A DNA stretch of 55,853 nt, counting the filler, from Bipalium vagum (lineage: Eukaryota), in the NCBI GenBank assembly GCA_037834085.1. It is 3 parts of 3 records of this genome, joined end to end, with 100 filler letters (N's around TTAATTAATTAA, not from the genome) between each part and the next. Parts side by side here need not be neighbours in the genome. Positions count along the whole stretch, not along the records: positions 1 to 21,561 come from JBBMKC010235595.1; 2 more parts are not named here. One strand, 5' to 3'. Below are positions 1-13,804 of the stretch, one piece after another (position 1 is the stretch's first letter; each line of letters begins with the position of its first letter). Under the pieces are notes generated by a model. It saw only the letters and a list, made by a program, of their open reading frames with translations, was not told where the DNA came from and did not search any database. The position numbers were made by a program, and so were the translations under genes.

Positions 1-131
1 ACAGACGAAGGATGATAATCACAATACAATAATCACAAAGTTATTGTTTATTATCCGCGGAATCATTTGCCTTCGATTTTGCCACTGTTGTCGACGTTTG
101 TCCGGCTTTTTTTGGTCGTAGTCTCCACAAT

Positions 132-132
132 G

Positions 133-192
<60 letters not shown>

Positions 193-200
193 TAATAATA
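132..200. repeat. (AAT)n microsatellite
   Basis: Long ATA/AAT run; the poly-Ile ORF 63..248 is a by-product of it. Confidence 0.95.
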
Positions 201-799
201 ATTGGAATAAGAGTAAAGATTGATTGCTAATTCAATAGTTATAATCATTTACATAAAATCAATTAAAAATCACGATAAACAAAAGTAAATGTTTTTATTG
301 CGTGATGCACACAATTTTCTTCAAAATTCTTATTGTGGGATGCTCCACACATTGAACATTGATTTATTAATTCATTCATTTAAAAAATCCAAATTTAAAA
401 TAGTTATTGAACATTGAAATAGTTAAAAATTGAAATCCAAAAATAGACAAAAATTATAAATTAAGTATATAATTAAAACAGTTGATGTTTTATAATTTGA
501 AGATTTTATATACCTAATAAGATATGTATTCAACAGAAAACATTAATTTTAATTTCTAAGAATTCTCTGTTTAACAAAGCACTAATATAGAGCTTTAATT
601 AAATATTCTCATTCTTTGAACGAGACCAAAAAAGACTGAAATTCAATGCTTTATATACTAAATTTTAGGGGGAAAACAGCCTGTGATTGAGAAAAATATT
701 ACTAAGTTTATATTTTACATTATTACTAAGTCGCATTTCCTATCTGGTTATTGGATCAGTGACAGGAGAAATAATCACAACACAATGAATTCACAAAGG

Positions 800-1730
800 A
801 CGTGTATAAAATTTAATTATAATTAAAAAAAAACATTCAAAATAAATCCGTTGGAATTAATAATTTTTATCCATCGTTCTGGCAAAAACGGATTCCGTGG
901 GCAAAAAATTGCTGGTCTTTTGATGCAAACCAATTATTTGACCATTTTTCTATATCTCCGCGGAAGTAAAACGTACTCCAGAGAGCTGACTGCATCGAGC
1001 GGAATAAATGGAAATCTGACGGGGCAATATCTGGCGAATACCGCGGCTGAGGTAAGACTTCCCAGTTGGTGCTTTTCAGATAATGTACCACCGATGAATG
1101 AACATGGGGTCTGGCGTTGTCATGTAGTTAAATAAGTTTGTTGTGTCTGTTCTCCCATTCAGTTCGTTTATCATTGAACGCACGTTTTAAACTTATCAAT
1201 TGCTGTCGATAACTTTCGCCCGTGATTTTTTCATTTGATTCTAGCAACTCAAAATTCTACCCCTTTGATCCTACCAAACAGAGAGCATTGTTTTTGATCT
1301 ATGAATATTCGGCTTCGAGGTTGAAGGTACGGCTTCATCTGGCCAAACCCAGGCAGATTTTCGTTTTGGATTCTCTTATTGGATCCATTTTTCGTCTCCA
1401 ATTACCACTCGATGCAAAAGCCTTTCCTTTTATGTCTTTGCAGCAGCTACACTCATGAGTTTGGCAAGGATTTTTTCACTCAATTGGATCAGTTCTTCGT
1501 CATCAAATTTTTCGGGAGGTTTCCCATGTTCCTTGTCATCAGTGTTGAAATCTTCGGCTTTGAATCGTCGAAACCACTTTTTACAATATAAACTCGATGA
1601 ACATTGTTCACCATACACCTCCTCAAGATGATGATGCGTTTCTGCTGCACTTTTCTTTGCAAGAAAATAATGAAGAATTACTTCACGCAAATGTTGTTTC
1701 GTCAGCATAAAATTGTCCATTTTGAAATCT
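800..1730 (-). mobile_element. Decayed mariner (DD34D), Mos1/mauritiana-like transposase
   Basis: ORF 1430..1720 reads KKSAAETHHHLEEVYGEQ..CKKWFRRFKAEDFNTDDKEHGKPP, close to the Mos1 HTH/linker. LHDNARPH lies near 1110-1130. ORF 867..1091 reads WEVLPQPRYSPDIAPSDFHLFRSM. Frameshifted and internally deleted. Confidence 0.92.
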
Positions 1731-3199
1731 ATTAATTAATAAAAATAATTAATAAACAAATATATATCATACAGATTTTAAATCTTTAATTATTCAGCTT
1801 TCAAATGAAATATAAATCGTTTTAATCCGTTAAAAAGTGGACACTATTGGTTGCGGAATAAAAAACGATTTATCATGTCATTCAAGCAATTAATTCCTTC
1901 TGCCTCGTCTATATTTAATTTTTACTAATAGGAATTCGGCGATATTAGAAGAATCCCTGAGCCACTAAATTTTTCTTTTGCTTTCATTGAATAAAATATG
2001 TTAAAATTCTAAATTTCTGGAGCCATTCTCTTACGGTCGTTTCCAATATTTCACATTCACAATTTGGGTCGTTAGAGTTTTAACACTCCATTCAAATAAG
2101 AGAAATATTAACTTCACTACGATTATACATATACGTATTTCAAATATTGTATATTTTTTTAAATCTGAAAGATGAGATCTTGAAATGATTGGAAAAAATT
2201 TTATCTCCACATGAGAAGCAATATAACTTATTTGGTATTAATTCATAATTTCTCTGCCATTCGATTGGGTCAATTGTAATGAAAATTCCGCTCAGCCTTT
2301 TTAACTATTTTTTATAAATATTATTTGTGACTTTATGTACAGACTAGTAATTAATATATAATTATTTAATGGAGAACAAAGAAAGCAAATTTGGTTCCTA
2401 TATACATTAGCAATACTAAAGAATTGTCATATTCAATGGTTTGCCTTTTAGATCAACATACATACTTTTGTGCTTAAAGAAGATTGATAACTCTAAAGAT
2501 TAGGCTTATTTCCCTTTACGATGTTAGACTACTCTCAGGGAAATATGGATTCTTGAATAACCATGCTTTGAGTATTGTGATATTTTTTATTTAATAACCA
2601 TATTTCAGTGAAGATCTTATTTCTATTGTTACCGAAAATGGAATTTTGACTCATGGATCATTGAGTACGTTTCAGCTGACATTCTCATCATACAAAGCAC
2701 TCATCATTATGTTTTTATAAACCATTAAGAATTTTTATTTTTAAAAAAAAAATAAATATGGACACGTTTGTCATGTTTCTCTTCATAAAAATATTTTGCA
2801 TTTGAATTTTATATGACTTAACAGATAAGTCATTGTGAATATAATTTCAAACAGTCGGTCGGCTTATTTCAGTGTTTGTAGAAATTTGTCTTATGGACTT
2901 AGGACACTCGTTCAAAATTGCTTTGATTTGATATTTATTTTTCAATAATTTTTATTGGTCTGTAATCGATCCAGTTTCATTAACACTATTGTATTATTTA
3001 TCGACCGAGTTAAGATTCTCCTCGTGCCCTTCTGTTTTCTGATCTATCTTAACCAGGACTGTTAGTAGTAAGGACAATACTCCAATTTTCTTTATCATAT
3101 TTTTTGTTTTTCGGTCTCTTCATTTTGTTTGTTGCTTGAAACGAAAAAAATATTTTTCATACCTCTAAAAAACGGATAAAAGATTTCTCAAATTAAATA

Positions 3200-4650
3200 A
3201 ATTTAGATGAATACAATTCAAATCTAAGTGATTTATTTGATTTAATTCTAAAAACAGATGAAAAATATTTTTTATTCTGTTATATGAAGACATTTGAATT
3301 TATAGATTCTTTAAGACTTCTTTTATGTTCTTTAGCTGGACCATTGAGAACATTAGATAGAAAAGATAAATATAAATTAGAAGAATTTAAACATTTTAGT
3401 TTACTGGATAAAAAATAATTTATTCCTATGATTATTTTAGAGATCTTTAAGAGAGAATATAATAGAACAAAAATACTACGAAAAGAATCATTTTATTCTA
3501 TTTTAGTTAAATCAAATATTTCTTATGAAAGATAAAATAAAATCTATATAAAATCTAATACAAAGGTTTTAAAAATCTTTAGGATTGCACAATTTAATAA
3601 TTTTTAATTTTTAAAAAGTTATCAATTTGAAATCATTTTAATTTTGTTTCGGTTCCTGGAAAAACTTGGCAAATAGGATTATTAAAAACAAAAATAGAAT
3701 TAGATTTTATTTTTTATCATATGTTTGAATCATTTGAAAAAGAGTTTAAAAAGAATATCAACAATATCAGGAACTAGATTTATTAAAACTCATAATAAAT
3801 ATACTAAAAAAATAAATCATGGCTTTGAACCAGATAAATTAGAATTACCTAAAATAATGAGAATTTTAAAAGATAGAAAATGTTTTAATAAAAATTATGA
3901 ACCCAAATTACTTATTTTATATTGATGCATGTATTCCTCGGGGAAATGCAATGTGTCATTCATTATCATAAAGATTTTAATTATACATATAGAGATCTTT
4001 CAAATTTTTTTTCTAAAGAAGATTATTCAGTATTGATTATCATTTTTTAAATCAATGTGAAGTTAATCCATGTAAAAATGAACTTAACTTTTTAACTTAA
4101 TTCTATTCACTTGCTGTAGTTTCTAGAATTGTTGAAGATGAAGAATTATCTGCTTTTCAAAATATTTATTAGAAATTAATAATCATTATAAAATTTTCAA
4201 ATTAATTTTAGATTTAAAACCAAAATGAATTATGTAGTTTACAATTGTATTTAAAATTATGAAAGTTACAAAGGTTAATTTTTATATCATTTAAACAAAT
4301 TCATGATTTAAAGAATATATTGATCACAATAAAAAATTAAGAAAGAATAACATAAAATAGCTAAACCAAAATTTGAAAAGAGAAATATTTTAACCATTAT
4401 AAAAAATGAAATTAAAATGGATAAAACAATTTATTTAGGATTTTGTATTTTAGAATTATCTAAATTATGACCTTTTATATAATTTTAGAATTCATTAAAA
4501 ATGGAACTAATGAAGAATATTAAGTAAATCAAACTGGATATGTTGAAGTTATTAAAACCCAAAGATCTATTCTAGATTAAAAAAATTGCTGCAAATTACG
4601 AAGTTATAAAAGTTTTATAAAGGGTTGATAAAAATGCTTATTCGTTTTTG
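3200..4650 (+). pseudogene. Protein-primed family-B DNA polymerase (Maverick/adintovirus pPolB), central to C-terminal relic
   Basis: Motifs in the expected order across frameshifts: FEFIDSLRLLLCSL (about 3290), YSYDYF (about 3422), VPGKTWQIGLLKTKIELDF (about 3652), RFIKTHNKY, YLFYIDA..GNAMCHSL (motif-A-like, about 3910), MDKTIYLGFCILELSKL (4417; compare KPIYxGFxILELSK). Confidence 0.85.
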
Positions 4651-4799
4651 GAATACGTGCGGAAAAATATTAAGATCTGAAAGATAAACAAATAAACGAC
4701 AGTTATTTTATTGAATAATCATATAATTAATAAATTTTATTAAATCTATTCAGTTTTCTAATCTACTTTCCCCATCACATCCGCTAAATTCTTAAAAAT

Positions 4800-4980
4800 G
4801 TTGTTTCTTTTTTTCGGAGTTAACGGGGACCACCATTTATTTAAATTCTGATTGAAGAAATATAGTTTTGTAAATTAAAAAGGTTGCTGTCTCGTAAACA
4901 CATACAATAAAATTGTTTTATTAGAACCAGAGGGACCAATAATTATCATTCTACATGTTTGTCGTAGATTAGGGTGATGA
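4800..4980 (-). pseudogene. Packaging ATPase (A32/FtsK-like) N-terminal fragment of a Maverick/adintovirus
   Basis: Minus strand translates HHPNLRQTCRMIIIGPSGSNKTILL, a hydrophobic strand followed by a Walker A GPSGS(G>N)KT. It lies next to the pPolB relic. Confidence 0.7.
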
Positions 4981-5089
4981 TTAATTTTTTAAGTTAACGA
5001 ATTTGATTAATGTACCTTCTATATAAGTTTACTAAGACCAACAGAGTTGAATTTCTGAGTAATTCTGAAGGTGATCAATTGGTTTTATA

Positions 5090-6143
5090 CAGTGCTCCAA
5101 CTAATTATTGCCGAACCTTGAAAATGTAATAAATCTTAACTAATTTAAATTGAAATAGAATTTTTTGATTATTGTACTCGGGGTCCTAAGGCGAAGACGA
5201 TCCGGTATAAGATGTTGGTAAAACCCCATTTGAAGCCACAACATAAAATCAATCGTGTTTGCTGGGCTAAAGAGAAAATGTCGTGGGTCACCGAATGAGA
5301 AAAGGTCATCTGGACTGACGAGAAGAAGTTTAATTTGGATGGACCTGACAGCTACGCATATTATTGACACGATTTGCGAAGGAGGTATGTTTTTCGAATA
5401 GACACACTGATGAGGTTCCTTGTTGATTTTTGGTTGTTTCAATTACCACAGGAAGTCTACTCTCGCGATTTTTACCGGCAGACTAAATCAATTTGATTAT
5501 CAAATGCTTCTAGGAGAACATTTACTTCCCTTTATGAATGATTTTAGTGGAGATAAACCAATTTTCCAACAGGATAATTGTCGATGCCATGTTGCACTTT
5601 CACTTCGCAATGGCTACAAGACAGAAATATCGATGTCTTCGCCACCCTATTCACCAGACCTGAATTCCATAGAAAATCTTTGAGAGGATACCAGCACGTC
5701 GGGTATATGCTAATGGGAAACAATATGAATCAATTTCAGAGCTGGAACGAGGGGTAATTCGCTGCTGGGAAGAAATAGATTACAGCGTCCTGCGAGCACT
5801 GGTAAATTCTATGCCAAATAAAATTCATGAAGTGATTTATTCCCATGGAAGTTCAAATAAATATTAAAAATCGATAAATAATTCAAAATGTTTTTTGTTG
5901 TTATGATATATGCCTTTTAAATATGCGGTAATAAATTATTGGTATTTTTTAGTTAATTTTTACTTTTTTAAAAATCTTTTTTATATTTTTTTTGTAAATA
6001 TATGTACACTTTCGTATATATATATATATTAACAGAATGGATATATTGTTATATTACTTATATATAAATATTAATAACTTTGAGAGTTTCTACATACAAA
6101 AATATGCATTTTCTTAGTGCGGCAATAATTAGTTGGAGCACTG
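5090..6143 (+). mobile_element. Tc1/Tc3-like DD34E transposon, internally deleted, both TIRs intact
   Basis: Perfect 24-bp TIR CAGTGCTCCAACTAATTATTGCCG at both ends, flanked by TA. Motifs KVIWTDEKKFNLDGPD, FQQDN..CH and PYSPDLNSIENL. Confidence 0.93.
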
Positions 6144-6206
6144 TAGTTTAATTACATGTGTAATAAATTTTATTAATCAAAATTAAAATTTTATTAATTA
6201 AGGAAT

Positions 6207-6389
6207 ATGCACACGCAATCAATTGAAGGATTTTGGTCAATTATTTAAAGAAAACTTAGACAAAAGGGAACAAGTCATAGTAATGACATAAATGACTACT
6301 TTGCTGAAATTTTGTATCGCCGTTTTTTCGGACAAAATTATGATATTTTATTTGAAAATATCATCTTTGAAATACCATTCAAAAACTAA
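6207..6389 (+). mobile_element. Merlin/IS1595-type transposase C-terminal fragment
   Basis: Translates MHTQSIEGFWSII*RKLRQKGTSH..DYFAEILYRRFF, matching the HTxxIExxW and YxxExxxRR motifs of IS1595/Merlin transposases. Confidence 0.78.
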
Positions 6390-6399
6390 ATCATGAATT

Positions 6400-8100
6400 G
6401 CAGTTTCAAATTTTACACTTTTATTTATGTCACATTCATGATAATATATCCTTCAAGATATCTGGTTACATTTAAAAATTTACAATCTGATTCTTCTAAA
6501 ACATTAATATTATTTTCATTATTATCAAATATATCATCATATTAATATGAAAATTATGTATTAAAGTTTTCCATTTTACTAAACATAAATGTTAAAAAAT
6601 TAATAAATAATATCTTGTAAAAATATAAAATAAAATATAAAAATTTTTATCGTTAGCTAACATAAATTTTGTTTTCAATAAACATTTTTCCTCCTTTTAC
6701 TTTTATTTCATAAATTGTTCTTGTAATAAAACAACACTTATTTTTCCTACAAAAGTTTTTCTCTTAAGATATGTAGAGTTACTCTAGCATCATTTAAACA
6801 TAAATTATTTGGTTGACCTTTTCAATCAAAGTCAAATATAGAATATAAATTTTGAAATTCTAATAAACTTATTTGAGGATCATTATTAAAATATGTACAT
6901 GATTATACATAATTTGAATATGTTATATTATTTTTTGCCTTTTGAAATTGTATAGGATTTAAGGAATAATATGAATTATTAACTTGAACTCTTATACCCT
7001 TTATTTTATCTTGAATAAACAAACTATTATTTTTATTATAATCAAGTTCATTTTATCAAAAAGTATTAAAAATTTAAGTTGGTTATTAGGAACATTAAAT
7101 AATTGAAACACTTGAATTGTTTCTTCTGTTAAATTTTTTTCTTCATGTCTTTATAAAGAATTATATTAATAGGTTTCTCATCTTCAATTAATAATTTTAA
7201 TTCTGATTATGATTCTGGATTGAAGGTTAATTCTGGAATAAACAATTTTAATATACCAATTTCAATTTGACATTCATTTCAAAAGTTAAAACATTAATTC
7301 TAATGGAAATTCTCCTATAGATTTATTTTGAAAACATAAAATTTTCCAGTTTTATATTCCTTGTTGTCTTTAGTTGGATCTTCTTTAATGCTATCTGGTA
7401 TCCAACCAAAAATTTCACAATTATTATTTTCATTAACCAATAATACAAAATTTGTTATAGAATTTAAATTTCTAATTTTTATATTATTTCTTCTTTTGTT
7501 GAGCTTAATTTAAAAATTAAATTATATATCCGTATCTTTTATATTTTGAATCTTTAACTTTTAGAATAATTTTATTATTACTTTCTTTAATATTAAAAAT
7601 AGAATTAAAAGAATAGTATATTAAAACCAATTTATAATTAAAATTTTAATCTAATACTAATGGAAATTGTAATTTGAAAATAATATCTGATTTTTTACTT
7701 TTTATAATTAAATGTTGAATATTTGAGTATGTGATACAAGATTGACAATTTTTTTGCAATGTTGCTTTCCTTTTTATATAAATAAATTTCTGATATTTAT
7801 ATTTAAAAAGTTTTATTTAATATTATTTTCAATTAATTTTGATTATTTTTTTCACTATGCTTTTTATATCTAATATTATAAAAAAGAGATATTTCGGTTT
7901 TGAATTCTATATAACATATTTCATAATTAAATATTTTTGAATATTATCTTTATTATTTTTTATTTAAAGATGATTTTTAGATCTTAAATGAGATGATAAA
8001 ACTGTTTTTGTTTTAAAATATTATCTACAAATATCAATAAAAGTGGTATTGATGTTATTAGTCATATTATCAATCCTATTATTACTCATTTTTTATGATT
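6400..8100 (-). mobile_element. Decayed Maverick-associated gene block (copy A), homologous to 31000-32150
   Basis: Collinear similar stretches at about 6515-6590 vs 31175-31250, 7170-7255 vs 31531-31615 and 7755-7790 vs 32005-32047. A zinc-finger-like relic DICR*YFKTKTVLSSHLRSKNH lies near 7970-8035. Confidence 0.6.
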
Positions 8101-11100
8101 AAATGTTTATTTCATTGAATTAGATTTTAATTAAAATTATATTTTTTATTTATTTTCTTTGGTTTAATTTTTATTAATTTTTTAAAAAATATAAGTAGTG
8201 GTAAAATGTCCAAACAAGATCGCTATAAAATCGAATCTTAAAAACTCAGATCAGTTAAAATGTTCTTCTCACCTCTCATGCGTCTAAATGTCTGAAGAGA
8301 ATATTTTTAGGTCTATCCTCACATTTCATTTGCACGTGATATTAATTTACTTTTATAAAATTACATCTGATGATAAGGAATACTTATTTTTTTCATATCT
8401 CTAAAACTACTGAAAGAAGGAAAAGAAAGTATTAATTAAATTGATAATTAGAAGTGTTTGTTAATTTAAGTTAAATTTTATCAAATAATAAAATGAAAGA
8501 TTTCCATGGCAAGAATATATGAAGAACTAGGTTAGTTTGGAACGCTGATCAATCTGTCAAAACAATCAAGTGATCCTTTGGATGATTTGAGACTTGAAAG
8601 TCGTCTGGTATGTTAAGATATTCTTATATATAACAAAATTAATTACGAAAATTCGTATTCTATGTACGAAATTGAAGACGATCCCAAATTATTTATTAGT
8701 GATAAACATAATAATAAATGTAGTTGTGTATAATAAAAACATTACTGTGGACCAATAATTTGAATTGGTAATATATGTGTCAGGAAAAAGCCGAATTTAA
8801 TCTAAGTTATAACTTCCAAGATATTTAGGAGTAGCTTTTTAAAATATTTTGTTTATAATATTATTTTACTTAGATTCGATCATTGAAAGTGTTTTTACCA
8901 AGAAAATGATTTGGTTTTCAACGGGAAGTGAAGCTGAGAACGACACTAATTTAGTGATCAACTGACAGAAAAACCGAAAAACCATTTATTCCGCAATTTT
9001 CGAAATGAAAAATATTTTCATGGCGGTGTGTGAATTTGATTTGAAGTTTGAACAAGTAAAATCGAAGTTAAACAAGAAAATCAAGTGAACCGTCAGTTAG
9101 TCAAAATCCCACATGAGTGTCTGTGTGTGTATTTGTGAAGGTCTGGTGGATGCTGAAATTGTGAATAAGCAATGGTTTGTGAATAAGCAAAATTGTAGGA
9201 TTTGGTCAAGCTGAAACCAAAAGTGATGCAAAAGATACCATTATATCCTTAAAAATCACCGTGTAGTCAGGTTTTAATGATGGTACTTCTTCAGGTTTAT
9301 TCTTTTGTAATTGGATCTCTATTTTAAAAATAAGGAATTCGTTTGCTCTGATGCAGAATTTTTTTGTTCACGGTGTTAGTTAACGTACTGTATATCTAAA
9401 TATTGTTACTATTATACATTATCAAAGTAAGTTTCGCTCTCAAATCAATAGCTCCTCACTACACAATGGTGTGTTCGCTTACTACTGTAGCTGCACAAAT
9501 TAAAATTCTAATTGAATCAAACGATCAAGATAAAACCTTATTGAATATATTTAAACAATCGTTACACTAGTCGCAAAATCACAATTAAAATCGCAAAAGG
9601 TCTAAAAATCAATAATCGAAATTGTCCAAATGTCTTAACATCAAAACCGTTCAATTATCTGAAAAAAATAACACATAATCCAAATCACAAGTTCAAGATG
9701 AGTAAAATGAAGTTTTTGTTAATCATAAAAATAAACAATATAAAGCTGAAAATATTCTCACCAGGAGCGACAAGGGGTTCCCGGGTCGTTCTCTAGATCC
9801 ATTTCAGGTCACATGGATTCATAAGCTCGCTGGGTACCCTTGTAAAATCCGTTGGCTTTGTCATTGCGAATATACCAGAAAAACTGAAATTTTCCTCTTC
9901 TAATACGATCCGTGTTGTAACTCTTGAAACCTTCTGATACATCTGCGATAAAATCATATTCCCCTCGTTTGCGGAATCTGAAAAATAACTGATTGGTATA
10001 CTTCTCCTGACGACAATCAACTGAATTTTGGTCGACGACTAAAACTTTATTTTTCTGGGTGGCTTTCTGGGAATGGTCGCAGAGATTGATCTACGATCAC
10101 ATATCCTTACGCTTGGAAACGGCTATTTCCTTCATTAGCCAAATAATTCTAACTTTCTTGATTATTTTCAATTTAGTCTTTATTTCACTGTTCTCTCGTG
10201 ATTGACTTTTTCAAAATTTTCTGTTGGTTAATCAATAATTTCCATTTGTTTTTAATATATAATTTAAATAATATTAGTTATATTGAATTATCGATTAAAA
10301 AATAATTTAACAGAATCACCCAGCAAGATAAAATTAGTAAGTAAAGCGTACTTGTTAAGGCCTCATTTGAGGAGTGCTTATGATATAAAAATAAAAATTA
10401 TTATAGGTACATCTCAGCAGTCAGACTATAAAAGGGAATATTAAATCTGAATTGCGTGTTCTGTTTATGGTATTTTGATTAATTTTAATTATCTGACAAT
10501 TAACCCGATTATCTGTTTTAATTTATTTTTTGATATTTTCTTTCTTTTACACTCCTTTCATCCATACAGATTTCGGGAATATTTATATCCCATATCAAAA
10601 AAATAAGAAAAACATTAAAATTATTTATTAAATTAAAAAAATCAATTTTATTGTACATCAACTATAACTCCCGAACACGGCACCAGAATTATTTTTTAAA
10701 AAAAGAAATGAATTGTTTCTTTAATATAGAGATTATTAATTATTTAATTTCAACTTTTGACGTTAGGTTTTTTTTCGATTTTAAATTTTCAAAAAAATAA
10801 TAATCAAGACTCATTCAAAATTAATGAAAAGCACGTAATTAACCAGGGACTGGTGTTTGTGTAACAATAATAATTAATTTTGGATTTTAAATGTTCAGAA
10901 ACGTTCCATTGATCAGAAAATCTTTTAAAAAATTTAAACGCTTTTGTATAATTAAGTATCACATGAATTTGTTTATTGATTATTTTTAATTGGTTATTGA
11001 TTATATTGAGACTTCAAGGGTAAATAATTTTAAAAAATTGAATTATAATTAGATTAAATTACTTAATTAAAACAAACTGGTATCTATGGTATTTTATCCG

Positions 11101-12415
11101 AAATAACTCCCAAAATATCCTCAGCTCTCTCACTATTTATATAAGGCCTTAACCAGTATCAATTGAGTTGGCATTTTCAGTTACAATTTTGTGAAAAGAA
11201 AAATAAACCCTCCTAAGAAAGAATCTCAAGAAACAGAAGATTACAGACCATACAGAAGACTGGGGAATTAATGAAAGTTTCCAAGATTTTCATGTCTATA
11301 GATATCGGGGACATAAATATTAGTCAATTTTTAAAAAAATTGAAAGCTCCACTATAGTATTATAGAATATTTTGCCATTCTTCCTTGAAAATTTTTGTAA
11401 GGATGTATCATTGTTTTATTAACCCAATCCAATGAATAGCTTTTCAAAAAGGTCTCTATCTTAACTCTGTCTGGAAATTTTTTAGAGAACCAGTTCATAA
11501 TGCTCTCATCAACATCGTAATCGATGGACACAAGCTCCAAGCTATCAATCGATTATTGTATCAAAAGACGAAATTTGCATTATCATTCGATATCTCCTTG
11601 GAAACGTTGTGACCCTTGCTATTTTTATCTGAAAATTCTTCAAATATGTTCTCCAACGTCTCATTTGGTACTGCAGGTACTTGTATAATTCAAACTACAA
11701 TTTCAGAGCTTTTTTGTTCTTTGGTAAATTCTCCATGAGAAACTTCTTGATTTTCGAATAAAAAAGCAAGCGTCACTTTTTCTTTTTAATTTTTCGCCGC
11801 GTTGCAGACTCAATTTGATGACAGCACTGAGAGCAAAATGTATGATGAAATTTGTTTATCATGACCTGATCAGAAATCCCCACCTCTTTTATACAAACAA
11901 AACAGGTAACTGCTTGTTCCACTTTATTTTGAAATATACTGATTTAATAAATTAATAAAATAACAACTTAAATGAATATTTTTATATTTTATATCGTAAT
12001 TATAGATTTTTTTGTGTTAATTTTTTAATTTATGAAAAATATAAAATACCATTAAATAAAAAAAGAATCGAAGCTATAAATTAAAAAAATCAAACTGCTA
12101 ATTAAAATTTCTTTATATTTCTTTGTTCTTTCAAAGGTTAATTAAAACTTTGATCAATATTTTTTGTAGCTTAAGGAAATGGTTATTTTGTCTTCTTTCT
12201 CTATGATAATTATTAAATTTTATTCTATTTTCAGGAATACTTCTAGAATTTGAAATATGACTTTTAGGACACTTTTTACGACTATATATTTGAGGATAAA
12301 ACAAAAAATTGAATCATTAAATAAAACATTTATTTCATATTTTAGATTTCCATTTCATAAGTCTGTTTTAAAATCAATATTTAGAGTATGGAATTTAACA
12401 TAACATTATCTTATG

Positions 12416-12768
12416 TAGTGCAAAATAACAACAATCAGTAAAGCAATAACTATAATTTATGACATGCAAATAAAAGTAATAAAACAATCAAAATACGGAT
12501 CACAAAAATAACGATGTTCAGATTGTCCAAGATAATAATAAAATAATAATCAAGTAAAAATCAATTAAATAAAATATAGTTAACAATAACAATAATTAAA
12601 ATTTTAAAGTAAAATCAAAAACAGTCTTACAGTTCGTCTTTGGTCTAAACTCACAGATAGCCCTTTGGTTGGTAATTTAAACACAATCACAAACAAACGG
12701 GAAACATAATTGAAAAATTCTAGGATAGTGAGTATTCTCGGAATAATACGTTTTCTTCTTCGAATAAT
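12416..12768 (+). repeat. Dispersed repeat of about 350-400 bp, copy 1 (possibly LTR-derived)
   Basis: Shares CAAAATAACAACAATCAGTAA, TTCAGATTGTCCAA, AATAATCAAGTAAAAATCAATTAA and GAATAATACGTTTTCTTCT with 15871-16247. Confidence 0.85.
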
Positions 12769-13129
12769 ATAAATAAAATTTCTTGTACGCTGATTGGGGG
12801 CAATATTCTGGAGAAATATTTTTCCTTTAGTACTTTTTTGGTGATCTTCATAGGGAAATCTTGGCATTGAGATTAATCTTAAAGCTCAAAAAAAATTTCA
12901 TAAAAATTGTTGATTTTCCTTTCATCTTTATTTTATTATTTTAAAATTTCCCTAAAAAGTAAATAAAATTAAGAGTAAATAAAATTACTTTTTAAGAGTT
13001 TTACTTTATTTTAAGTAATTTTAAAGAAGGATTATTTTCTGTACTTTTATTTATTTATTGCCTTTTAAACCTTTATTATTATTTTTTATTATTGTGGACC
13101 CTCTCAATATTATCTTAATGTATTTTTAA

Positions 13130-13804
13130 ATTCATAAATAATTTTCTTTGAATTTTGAATTTCTTTTTGAATTTGAACCTATCATGTACGTGTGTTTTTT
13201 CTTTGTCAGACGAATGAAAACTTGTATTTCAACATGTAAAAAAGTGAAATATTTTTCATCATCAAGAATAATATAAGTATCAGAATCAATTATTTCTTTT
13301 CGTAATTTTTGAAACTTCTTAGATATTTGTTCGATTTGTTTTTCGGTGTACTTTGGTTCACATTGGCTTTTAAAATCCATCTTTTTCAAATTTTCTTGTA
13401 CACATGTCACATGTCTTGAACACGTTAAATTTATCAGCCAAATATATTTGTCTACTTCAAAACGGATTTATATCGTATTTCGCAATCTGATGGTTATTTT
13501 TTTAAAAGACAAACTGTTCTAGTCTTGTCATAATATGTTAATCAATTTTTATATCGTTTGAAGAAACTATTAATTGTTGTTCTTTGAATGCGTTCAGCTT
13601 GAAAGTGTTTGATGATATCTAATTTTTTCAACATAGATTTGGTTCCGAATATCCTTTTTTCTATAATGGTCGTCATGTGTTTCTTATAAATGTAAAGCAA
13701 ATTAATGAAGCTATAAATTCATTTGCAATCGATTTTTTTATTTAAAGATTTTACACGTTTTTTTGGCAATATGTTTTGTGCCAAAACGTCCAGAAAACAC
13801 GTTA
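13130..13804 (-). mobile_element. IS630-Tc1-mariner relic, probably DD37E-like
   Basis: ORF 13132..13410 reads PKYTEKQIEQISKKFQKLRK..YIILDDEKYFTF. Putative terminus TAACGTGTTTTCTGGACGTTTTGGCAC at about 13778-13804. The C-terminal catalytic part is not seen. Confidence 0.65.

Noticed and set aside
63-248. Poly-isoleucine ORF
   Set aside because: It is a translation of the (AAT)n microsatellite.
2350-2730. Exon-like stretch (TTTCAG then EDLISIVTENGILTHGS..)
   Set aside because: In-frame stops and no convincing family motif. It may be a decayed gene fragment but cannot be supported.
8440-11900. Patches of higher-complexity sequence, including ORFs 9793..10020 and 11352..11540
   Set aside because: No recognisable motifs, termini or consistent frame.
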